From Candidatus Latescibacterota bacterium (GTDB lineage Bacteria; Latescibacterota; UBA2968), in the NCBI GenBank assembly GCA_965208125.1, contig OZ242320.1:4448001-4512000 (forward strand): a stretch of 64,000 nucleotides of DNA. The letters are read 5' to 3'. The position numbers were made by a program, and so were the translations under genes. Shown piece by piece: positions 8,983-17,163 of this stretch. The notes below the pieces were generated by a model, which searched no databases, was not told the DNA's origin, and saw only the letters and a program-made list of their open reading frames with translations. How positions within the stretch are numbered: the first letter of the stretch is position 1; every line of letters starts with the position of its first letter.

Positions 8983-10611
8983 ATGAATGCATCAGGTGAA
9001 ACGCTGTACAATGGGATTGTGTTGCCAGAGACCTGGCCCCCTCGCGATGTGGATGAAGGCGGCACGGCACCTGTTCCCGTTCCCTATTTGGACGATCCGC
9101 CAGAGGTAATTTGCATCGATCTGGGCAGGCAGTTATTTGTAGATGATTTTTTGATTGCATCTACTTCTCTAACGAGGGTTTTTGGCGAGGCAAAAGTCCA
9201 CGAGGCGAGTCCCGTTCTGAGTCCCGAGACGGATGAAGAGATGGACAATGGCTATTGTCCGATGGCTGCACCGTTTAATGACGGTGCGTGGTACGACCCC
9301 GAAGATGGTTTGTTTAAGCTGTGGTACATGCCGGGCTGGTTTCACAGTACGGCAATGGCAATGAGTCGAGATGGTATCCACTGGGAGCGTCCGGATCTCG
9401 ATGTTGTGCGCGGTACAAATCTCGTATGGCCCAATCGGGATGGATACGATAGAGATGGGTGTCTGGTGTGGCTGGACTATGATGCGGAAAGATCTGAAGA
9501 ACGTTTTAAGATGTTTCAATATTATCGGTATGATACAAGGAGAAACGCGACTGTATCAGAAGGCTGGTTGCACACATCGCCCGATGGGATTCACTGGTCT
9601 GATCCTGTTGTGACAACACCCGTGGGCGATAATTCGTCATTTTTTTACAATCCATTTCGCAAAAAGTGGTGTATGAGCATTCGGCGGCAGAGTGCCAATT
9701 TGCGCGCGCGATTTTATCGGGAGTGCGATGATTTTTTACCTACATGGGATCAGGATAGAGATGAGGTTCTCTGGCAGCGCATTGACAGTCTCGCACTGCC
9801 CGATCCCGCACTGCCCGATCACCGAGTCGCACTTTACGATGTGAATGCAACGCCTTATGAGAGTTTGATGCTGGGGCTGTTCGCAATTTTTCGCGGGCCT
9901 GAAAATGATATTTGTGCGGAGAAGGGTGTACCCAAAACAATGGATTTGGAACTGGGGTATAGCCGCGATGGGTTTCATTTTAGCCGCCCAAATCGCACGC
10001 CTTTTCTCGCCTCGTCGCGCCGTATTGGCGATTGGAATCGGGCGTATTTGCACGCGGTGGGCGGCGTTTGTATGGTTGTGGGGGATGAAGTGTGGATTTA
10101 TTTTACGGGTTTTTCCGGTCAGTCGCCAAAGCTCGGTAAGACAGATGTGGGAGCGTTTGGGCGAAGTCGGCGCGTGATGTATGCGGGCGCGAGTACGGGG
10201 TTGGCGACTATTCGGCGAGACGGCTTTGCATCTATGGATGCAGATGCCAGTGGCGGTATCCTGACCACGCGTCCTGTGGTTTTTAAGGGGCACAGGTTAT
10301 TTGTGAATGTGGAGGTGCCGAAGGGTGAATTGCGGGTGGAAGTGCTGGAAGAAAATGGGCGGCCAGTCGAGGGTTTAAGTGCGGATCAGTGTGTACCGCT
10401 TTGTGTGGATCGCACCTGTTGCGAGGTTTTGTGGACTTCTGGAAAAAATTTATCTTCGATTGCTGGGCGTCCTGTGGTATTCAGGTTTTATTTGCGATCG
10501 GGGCGATTATTTTCGTTTTGGGTTACGGATGATCCCAATGGGGCGAGTTCTGGATATATGGCGGCCGGTGGACCCGGTTGTACAAAGGGTCGGGATTTGC
10601 CTGGGGGATGA
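8983..10611 (+). CDS. Five-bladed beta-propeller glycoside hydrolase-like protein (GH32/43 clan-like)
   Basis: RQLFVDD N-terminus, repeated S-x-D-G-x-H-W/F motifs (SRDGIHW, SPDGIHW, SRDGFHF), RRDGFAS and a C-terminal beta-sandwich. Confidence 0.6.
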   Translation: MNASGETLYNGIVLPETWPPRDVDEGGTAPVPVPYLDDPPEVICIDLGRQLFVDDFLIASTSLTRVFGEAKVHEASPVLSPETDEEMDNGYCPMAAPFNDGAWYDPEDGLFKLWYMPGWFHSTAMAMSRDGIHWERPDLDVVRGTNLVWPNRDGYDRDGCLVWLDYDAERSEERFKMFQYYRYDTRRNATVSEGWLHTSPDGIHWSDPVVTTPVGDNSSFFYNPFRKKWCMSIRRQSANLRARFYRECDDFLPTWDQDRDEVLWQRIDSLALPDPALPDHRVALYDVNATPYESLMLGLFAIFRGPENDICAEKGVPKTMDLELGYSRDGFHFSRPNRTPFLASSRRIGDWNRAYLHAVGGVCMVVGDEVWIYFTGFSGQSPKLGKTDVGAFGRSRRVMYAGASTGLATIRRDGFASMDADASGGILTTRPVVFKGHRLFVNVEVPKGELRVEVLEENGRPVEGLSADQCVPLCVDRTCCEVLWTSGKNLSSIAGRPVVFRFYLRSGRLFSFWVTDDPNGASSGYMAAGGPGCTKGRDLPGG

Positions 10612-10626
10612 ATATAGGAGAAAAAA

Positions 10627-11631
10627 ATGAGTCGAGAAATGGGTGTTGGTATTGTCGGGTATGGGAAAGTTGCTACGGGAGCACACAGGAACTGGATTAA
10701 CAACCGAGAAGATACGCGGTTGACAGCCGTGTGCGATATGACCGAGGTGCGCCGTCAGGCGGCGGCAAAAGATAATCCCGAAGCGGCGATTTACGAGCAT
10801 TTTGGCGATTTGCTATCGGATGATGGCGTTCAGTTGGTTATTGTGACCACACCGCCGAATACGCATTGTGAACTTGCGGTACAGGCTGCTGAGGCGGGTA
10901 AGCATGTGTTTGTGGATAAGCCGTTTGCGATGACGCGCGCCGAAGCCGAACAGATGATTGATGCTGCCGAGCAGGCCGGTGTGGTGATTCATTGCCATCA
11001 GTCGCGGCGATATGATGGGGAGTATCGGGCGATTGTGAAGTGTGTGGCAAGTGGGCGCATCGGGGAGGTGCAGCATGTGCGTCGGGTGTGGTCGCAATAC
11101 GGCGAAGGATGGACTAAGTGGGGGATTGAGGGCTTTAATCCGACGTGGCGCATTCAACGCGATTATGGCGGTGGGATGGTGTACGATTATGCGCCGCACT
11201 GTGGCGATCAGGTGCTTCGGCTCGTCGATCGTCCGTTAACTGACGTGTCGGCAGATGCGCGCGGCATTGTATTCAGCGATGAGGTAGATGACCATTTTTC
11301 ATGTCTGATGCGGTTTGAAGGGGGTGTGACAGCGTATCTGGAGGCGAGCAATATGACGATTCTTCCCGCGCCTCACTGGTATGTGGTGGGTACGAAGGGA
11401 TGTATTACCGCACAGGGGGTCAATAGCCAAATCACTGTGCAGACGGAAGATATGGATTCTGCCGAGACGATAGAGGCCATTCACGAACGCAATCAGCTCT
11501 ATGAAAATTTGATCGCCGCGTGCCGGGGAGAGGCAAAGCCGAATGTGACGCCCGATCAATTGCGTGCCTCAATGGGGTTGATTGACGCGATTTTTAAATC
11601 GGCAAAGACGGGACAGCAGGTGGCGATTTAG
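10627..11631 (+). CDS. Gfo/Idh/MocA family oxidoreductase
   Basis: GIVGYG, H...AGKHVFVDKP, GGGMVYDYAPH. Confidence 0.92.
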   Translation: MSREMGVGIVGYGKVATGAHRNWINNREDTRLTAVCDMTEVRRQAAAKDNPEAAIYEHFGDLLSDDGVQLVIVTTPPNTHCELAVQAAEAGKHVFVDKPFAMTRAEAEQMIDAAEQAGVVIHCHQSRRYDGEYRAIVKCVASGRIGEVQHVRRVWSQYGEGWTKWGIEGFNPTWRIQRDYGGGMVYDYAPHCGDQVLRLVDRPLTDVSADARGIVFSDEVDDHFSCLMRFEGGVTAYLEASNMTILPAPHWYVVGTKGCITAQGVNSQITVQTEDMDSAETIEAIHERNQLYENLIAACRGEAKPNVTPDQLRASMGLIDAIFKSAKTGQQVAI

Positions 11632-12353
11632 CCGGGTTTTGTCCAGTAGGCTTCAAGTTTGTCCCGGGGATCAAAGCCGAGTATTGTGCGTGCGCGCGCA
11701 TTTGGGAAGCGGTTGTGCGGCAGGTCTGTGGTGATGAAGAAGGCTTCAAAGCGCGATGGGAGTGTTTGAATATCGACTTCTATGGCGCACTTAACGGCTT
11801 GTGCGGCATCTCTGGCCGATATGCTGAGGGTGCTGTCATCGGTGTTGTGTGGATCGGCGGTGGGTTCTCGAAAGCGCGAGAAGATGAGCGAGAGGACGTG
11901 CAGCGGATGGTGTTCGCTGAAGAGTCGGCAGATTTCGAGGCCGAGGCCTTTGCTCATCGCATAGAGTTCTGTGCCGGGTTGTGGAGGGATTTTTTCAGAA
12001 ATGGTATGGTCGTAATCGAGGTAGGAAGGGCCGACGAGTGAGAAGCGCGGTCCCGTGTTGATAAAGCGTTTCATGTTACAGGCCACTGCGGCGCGGAGTG
12101 CATTGTGCGTTCCCATTGTGTTCACGCCAAAAGCGATTTTGCGATGGGTGCGCTGAACAGAGCAGTTGATGATGACGTCCATGCCCTCTGCAGCGGACAT
12201 GACCTGGGCGAAATCGGATACATCGATCTGCCGCGTGTCGTGCGGTGTATCGATGGGCATGAGGTCGGTGACGCGAAGCTGGTGGTGGTCTTCGAGCGCT
12301 TTGACGACATAAGGACCGAGAAAGCCGTTGCCACCGAGGATGAGGATATTCAT
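11628..12353 (-). CDS. NAD-dependent epimerase / uronate dehydrogenase-like SDR
   Basis: LGGNGFLG Rossmann motif and YAMSK. Confidence 0.8.
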   Translation of the reverse strand: MNILILGGNGFLGPYVVKALEDHHQLRVTDLMPIDTPHDTRQIDVSDFAQVMSAAEGMDVIINCSVQRTHRKIAFGVNTMGTHNALRAAVACNMKRFINTGPRFSLVGPSYLDYDHTISEKIPPQPGTELYAMSKGLGLEICRLFSEHHPLHVLSLIFSRFREPTADPHNTDDSTLSISARDAAQAVKCAIEVDIQTLPSRFEAFFITTDLPHNRFPNARARTILGFDPRDKLEAYWTKPG

Positions 12354-13162
12354 GGGATTTGGGTAACGCGCGGGCGATTTGTGCGGTAGGGAGGTTCGAG
12401 CAGAGCGCGTTGTGTGGGTGTGAATTCGTCGAGCGCGTTTTCAACATCTGGCGGCAAATACCGCGCTGAATAGGTCAGCGTGCCGGGCGAGTATTTGTAG
12501 AGAATAGATCTGCGTTGATGGTCGGCTGTCCAGGGGAGCGTGCCATGTGCCAGTGCTTCTGTGAATATGATGGCCGATCCCGCTTTTGCCGGGACTTGCT
12601 TTACTACGCCCATATCCCGATCTACACGTGCGACATCGCGAGGAGTTCTGTAGTTGGATTTGTGGCTGCCGGGAATGCAGGCAAATCCGCCCTCGCCGGG
12701 GTTGCAATCGGTGAGTACCCACGAGACGACGGTGAGGCCACAGCGCATGCGTCCGTTGTGAAATTGATAGAAGTGCGTCAGGTCGTCAGCGGTGCCCCCG
12801 CCGTGGATGACATGGCCCTCGGCTCCTTTTTCCATGATGATGCCATAGAGGTGGTCCAGACGACAGTCTTCGCGCAGCAATTCCGCGACGTAGGGCACGA
12901 TGTTTGGATGGGCGAGTAAATCGCGGAAGGGTTGGCACCAGGGTTTGGGCCAGGTGAGCATGCCACCCAAATCGGTGCGCCCGTGTTTGCCCTTGAGTGT
13001 TTTGGACTCACCGGAGAGGGATTGCTCTGGCGGACGAATGCGCATCCTGTCGGGGTTGTTGTCAATGGCTTTGTTACACGCGGCAATTTCGTCGGGTGTT
13101 AGAGCGTCTTCGACGACGAGGTAGCCGTTGAGGTCAAAGAAGAATTTTTCATGTTCGTCCAT
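12350..13162 (-). CDS. Phytanoyl-CoA dioxygenase (PhyH) family protein
   Basis: FFFDLNGYLVV, IPGSHKSN, FTEALAHG, RRSILYKY. Confidence 0.85.
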   Translation of the reverse strand: MDEHEKFFFDLNGYLVVEDALTPDEIAACNKAIDNNPDRMRIRPPEQSLSGESKTLKGKHGRTDLGGMLTWPKPWCQPFRDLLAHPNIVPYVAELLREDCRLDHLYGIIMEKGAEGHVIHGGGTADDLTHFYQFHNGRMRCGLTVVSWVLTDCNPGEGGFACIPGSHKSNYRTPRDVARVDRDMGVVKQVPAKAGSAIIFTEALAHGTLPWTADHQRRSILYKYSPGTLTYSARYLPPDVENALDEFTPTQRALLEPPYRTNRPRVTQIP

Positions 13163-13200
13163 GTTCGGGATTCCTGTGTAAATTTGGGAGAGAAGGTCTG

Positions 13201-13401
13201 TTAATCGTCGTCACCCTCTTCCCGCCTCATTCGATAGCGACCAATTCGCCGGATTAAAATCCACACGAGCCCAATGAGTGCGATATATTGCACCATATCC
13301 CAGATCCAGCCCTGCCAGCCCAGGATGCCGGGCCAGAGTGCTCCGATGCACATGATGATAAATGCGTCTTCCAGAATTAGCCACAGCGGTCGCTCATTCA
13401 T
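13201..13401 (-). CDS. Small two-TM hypothetical membrane protein
   Basis: 66 aa with two hydrophobic helices and a charged tail. Start overlaps the end of the slt-like gene. Confidence 0.6.
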   Translation of the reverse strand: MNERPLWLILEDAFIIMCIGALWPGILGWQGWIWDMVQYIALIGLVWILIRRIGRYRMRREEGDDD

Positions 13402-15580
13402 TTTTATATCCCAATGATATTTCTACCTCTGGCTGTGCATCGTTGAGGTAAGAATAAACTCGATAATTGCGGTACACGAGTTTCACATAATTGCGGGTTT
13501 CTTTGTAGGGAATGCGCTCTATAAATTCATCGACATCTTGTTTTGTGAGGCGTTTCGCCCACCGCTTTGCAGCATCCAGACCTGCATTATAAGCCGATAG
13601 TGCCAAACTGAGTTGCCTGTGCTTATCTTTTCGAAATGCCCTCATGTGGTCGGAGAGGTGTTTTGCGCCCAATAAAATCGATGTATGGGGATCGTGCAAG
13701 TCTTGTGTTGAAAAATTTTTGAGCTTGATAAGTCGGGCCATGTCCCGTCCCGTTTGTGGCATTACTTGCATCAGGCCGCGTGCGCCCGCGCGAGATACAG
13801 CAGTTGTATTAAACGCGCTTTCCTGTCGCATGATGGCAATCATGAGATTGGGGTCCAAATTCATTTTTCGCGCTATCTGGTTGATCTCGCCCCAATAATA
13901 CGTTGGATACAACCGCCGGAATGAAGCTCGTGTCATGGATATCCCGTGTGCGCGTTCCAACATTACAATCTGCGCGGAAATTTGAAGTGCCTTGTGCATG
14001 GCGCGAACGCGCTCATAGCGCGGCTTCAAATCATCCAGGGCAAATAAATTGCGCCCGAGAATTTGCCGAGCGCGGTCGTATTCTCGCTCGGCATCTCGAT
14101 ATAACCCGATAGACGCCAATATATCTCCTTTTGGGATATACGGCGAAGGCGTATAGGATTGACCAACTGACAGGTGTTCGCCCGGTTGGGGCACTTCGAT
14201 ATAGGCATTTTCTGTTTTGCCCAGGACCGCATGTGCTCGTGTTGAGTAATAAGAGGTTGGAAACCCTTCTGAGGCGCGTTCAATCCAGAATCGCGCTTCT
14301 GCTTTTTGTCCCAATTTTTGATAACTTTTGCCCGCCCAGTAATACCCTTGATCGCGCAGATGGCTCGCAGAGGTTTGGCGCGCCAGGCGCAAAAAGGCTT
14401 TGGAAGCAGCCGTGTATTGCCGCGTTTGATAAAGCGCGAATCCCGCACGCCACGCCGCCTGGTCGGCATAAGTGCTTTTGGGATAGGCTTTTGCCAGTGC
14501 TATAAATAGTTTGCGTGCATCGCTATGACGCCCCCGCCGCTCGTAAGCCATGGCGGCCTGCCAGAGTGCTTCGGGTGCGGTCTTTGCATTGGGATAGCGG
14601 CGCACAAATTCTCGAAACCGCGTTGTTCCCGTTAAATCGTGTCCGCGCTTGATGGCACATCGGCCCAGGTAAAATAGTGCTTCGGGCACATGATACACTT
14701 TGAAGGCGCGGTCAAACGCGCTTTCGGCTTTGAGATATTTTCGATTGCGATAATACACATGGCTCAGTTCATATTGCGCTTTCCCGCGCCATGTGGCATC
14801 TTGAGACTCGTCGATCACTCGGCGCAATAAATCGATAGCCTGTTGATATTTTTCGGCATGCATACAGGCGACGCCCGCGTAAAACAGTTCTTCAACATCG
14901 CGCATATCACTCGGCGCGGGGAGTATTTTGTAAGCGGATGGATGTTTGGGATAATTTTTGATCAATTGCAACCGCATCTCGCGCGCAGCAACAGAATCGC
15001 CCAGAGCAATCCAGGCCTTGAACAGTCCTGCCAGTGCATCGGCTTCGCGCGGATGCTTGCCAACAAGTGTTTGATAATATGCGATAGCACCTTCTGCATT
15101 GCCCTGTGCAAGCGCGGCCCGTGCGGCATTGAGTGTCGCCTGATTGCCAAGCAAACTCACTGGTTTCATGCGCAGAATTTTTGCATAATGATTTTCAGCG
15201 TCTTTGGCTTGTCCCAAGGCCTCGGCGCATTGTCCCATCCAAAAGGTCACATAATCGGCAATTTCTGGGCGCGTGGTGCCTGAAGACTGAAAAATTGTCA
15301 GTGCGTCTGGATATTTGCCCTGGTGCATCAGACAAATCGCGCGTTGTAACGCGGTGATGTGCGTATCCCAGGCATCGCGTTTGTCGGCGTCCAGATTGTC
15401 GAGTGCAGATAATGCTTCGGAAAAATTTTGCCGTGCAATTAGTTCTGAAACTCGAAAAATGGGATCGCGTTGTTCTCCTATTCCCAAATATCCCACTATT
15501 AAAAATATGGCGATAAAGGGAAAGGCAAATAGCGCAATACGGCTCAATAGGAGATTAAATTTATTTTTATAAAATGACAT
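13394..15580 (-). CDS. Lytic transglycosylase (Slt family) with TPR repeats
   Basis: N-terminal TM segment, TPR helices, C-terminal SLT motifs RQESAF, GARGLMQVMP, AYNAG, ETRNYV. Confidence 0.93.
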   Translation of the reverse strand: MSFYKNKFNLLLSRIALFAFPFIAIFLIVGYLGIGEQRDPIFRVSELIARQNFSEALSALDNLDADKRDAWDTHITALQRAICLMHQGKYPDALTIFQSSGTTRPEIADYVTFWMGQCAEALGQAKDAENHYAKILRMKPVSLLGNQATLNAARAALAQGNAEGAIAYYQTLVGKHPREADALAGLFKAWIALGDSVAAREMRLQLIKNYPKHPSAYKILPAPSDMRDVEELFYAGVACMHAEKYQQAIDLLRRVIDESQDATWRGKAQYELSHVYYRNRKYLKAESAFDRAFKVYHVPEALFYLGRCAIKRGHDLTGTTRFREFVRRYPNAKTAPEALWQAAMAYERRGRHSDARKLFIALAKAYPKSTYADQAAWRAGFALYQTRQYTAASKAFLRLARQTSASHLRDQGYYWAGKSYQKLGQKAEARFWIERASEGFPTSYYSTRAHAVLGKTENAYIEVPQPGEHLSVGQSYTPSPYIPKGDILASIGLYRDAEREYDRARQILGRNLFALDDLKPRYERVRAMHKALQISAQIVMLERAHGISMTRASFRRLYPTYYWGEINQIARKMNLDPNLMIAIMRQESAFNTTAVSRAGARGLMQVMPQTGRDMARLIKLKNFSTQDLHDPHTSILLGAKHLSDHMRAFRKDKHRQLSLALSAYNAGLDAAKRWAKRLTKQDVDEFIERIPYKETRNYVKLVYRNYRVYSYLNDAQPEVEISLGYKNE

Positions 15581-15612
15581 TGTGGAAGCCTTTGCGATGA
15601 GGTCTCAAAAAA

Positions 15613-15641
15613 ATTGTAGTCCATAATGCACGCAATGTCAA
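15613..15641 (-). promoter_or_regulatory. Sigma70-type promoter for the slt-like gene
   Basis: Minus strand TTGACA (15641-15636), 17 bp spacer, TACAAT (15618-15613). Confidence 0.75.
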
Positions 15642-15737
15642 GATACAAAAGCATCCGCAGAAAAAAACGCGAGTAATGTGAGCGTTTTTCGCAGATGAAC
15701 GCAGATAAAAATAAAGTGACAGGCGGAGGGCTGGGGG

Positions 15738-15764
15738 CACTTCACACTTCATACTTCACACTTT
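15738..15764 (+). repeat. Short heptamer tandem repeat
   Basis: cacttca cacttca tacttca cacttt immediately upstream of the nucleotidyltransferase RBS. Confidence 0.6.
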
Positions 15765-15778
15765 ATCCCGGAGTTTCT

Positions 15779-17152
15779 ATGAAAGCACTGATTCTCGCGG
15801 CGGGAAAGGGCGAACGTTTTTTTCCATTTAATGTCTTTCGTCCCAAGCCGATGTTTCCAATATGCAATCGTCCGCTTTTGGAGTGGACGGTTTCGCGTCT
15901 GGTCGATGCGGGTATTACCGATATTGGCATTGTAGTGGGACATCGGGGCGGTCGGGCGCGCAATTATTTTGGCAGTGGGCAGCGATTTGGCTGTCGCATT
16001 ACTTATATCGAGCAACCGCAGCCAAAAGGCACGGCGCATGCGGTGGGGCTGGCGTCTGATTTTATTGGTACTGATGATGTTCTGGTTATTTTCGGAGATG
16101 TTTTCTTTGGTGCGGATGCAGTCCCACGCCTGTTAGATGTGTTTGGAGATAGAAACTGTTCTGGTGTCGCTGGTATTGTACAGGTTGATGATCTCACATC
16201 CCATATACGCGCACACATGGAAAAGGACCAGAGCTTGTCTTCTTACACCTATAAACCCCGAGGCGGATCGGGCCATGCCCTGTCAGGTCTCTATGTTTTT
16301 AAAAATGAAATTTTGTCCGATCTGGATAATACTTCCGATTTTGTGCCGAGGACCCAATACGGTATTTTTCCGCCTGAGGGGCAGGAAATTTGTGATGTTA
16401 TTCCACTGCTCTACGGCGAAGGCCGCGCGCTTATTGCGGTCGATTTGCCCGGTCCGTGGTTCGATATGGACATGCCCTGGCACCCGAAAAATGTTGCGTT
16501 TATGGCACTTGCCGAAATGGCTGATGGACTTACAGAAGCGGTTGTTGCGCCAACAGCTACGGTCGATCCCGACGCCCGCATTCGCGGTCCCATTTTTGTC
16601 GATGAAAATACCACGATTGCCCGAGATGCTTATATTGAGGGGCCGGTCTGGATTGGGAAAGATACGCAGATATTAGAAGGCTCTCACATCGCATCTCGCA
16701 CTGTGATCGGCGATCGCTGCAAAATTGGTCCTTTTGCCAAGGTATCGGGTACGGTAGATACCAACTGCCACATTACCTATTTGGGCGAGTTTAGCGGTAT
16801 TATGCTCGAAGAAGGTCGTGTGACTCATCAGATTCAGCTTTCGGGTATTTTTGGCGAGCGTGCAGAAATAGGCGCGGGTACACAGGTGGGCACGCTGCGC
16901 TTTGACGATGCGGAGATTGAGGTCGAAGTTCAGGGTATTCGTCGAAAAGCGCCCGGTTTTACCGGCGTGTTGTTTGGAGATTATTCGCGTACGGGTATCG
17001 GTGCTATGATTATGCCCGGTCGCATTGTGGGGCCATGTGCAATGGTGGGCGCGGGCGTGGTGCTGATGAAAAATGCGCCGCCGTATAAGGCCGTGCTCGT
17101 CAAACAGGAACTCGATGTCGTTGACTGGTCTCCTGATATTTATAACAAATAA
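15779..17152 (+). CDS. Sugar-phosphate nucleotidyltransferase with left-handed beta-helix (archaeal GlmU-like bifunctional type)
   Basis: ILAAGKGERF..PKPM, GTAHAV, GD, then hexapeptide repeats. ATG at 15779 follows GGAG. Confidence 0.85.
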   Translation: MKALILAAGKGERFFPFNVFRPKPMFPICNRPLLEWTVSRLVDAGITDIGIVVGHRGGRARNYFGSGQRFGCRITYIEQPQPKGTAHAVGLASDFIGTDDVLVIFGDVFFGADAVPRLLDVFGDRNCSGVAGIVQVDDLTSHIRAHMEKDQSLSSYTYKPRGGSGHALSGLYVFKNEILSDLDNTSDFVPRTQYGIFPPEGQEICDVIPLLYGEGRALIAVDLPGPWFDMDMPWHPKNVAFMALAEMADGLTEAVVAPTATVDPDARIRGPIFVDENTTIARDAYIEGPVWIGKDTQILEGSHIASRTVIGDRCKIGPFAKVSGTVDTNCHITYLGEFSGIMLEEGRVTHQIQLSGIFGERAEIGAGTQVGTLRFDDAEIEVEVQGIRRKAPGFTGVLFGDYSRTGIGAMIMPGRIVGPCAMVGAGVVLMKNAPPYKAVLVKQELDVVDWSPDIYNK

Positions 17153-17163
17153 GAATTTTGTCT

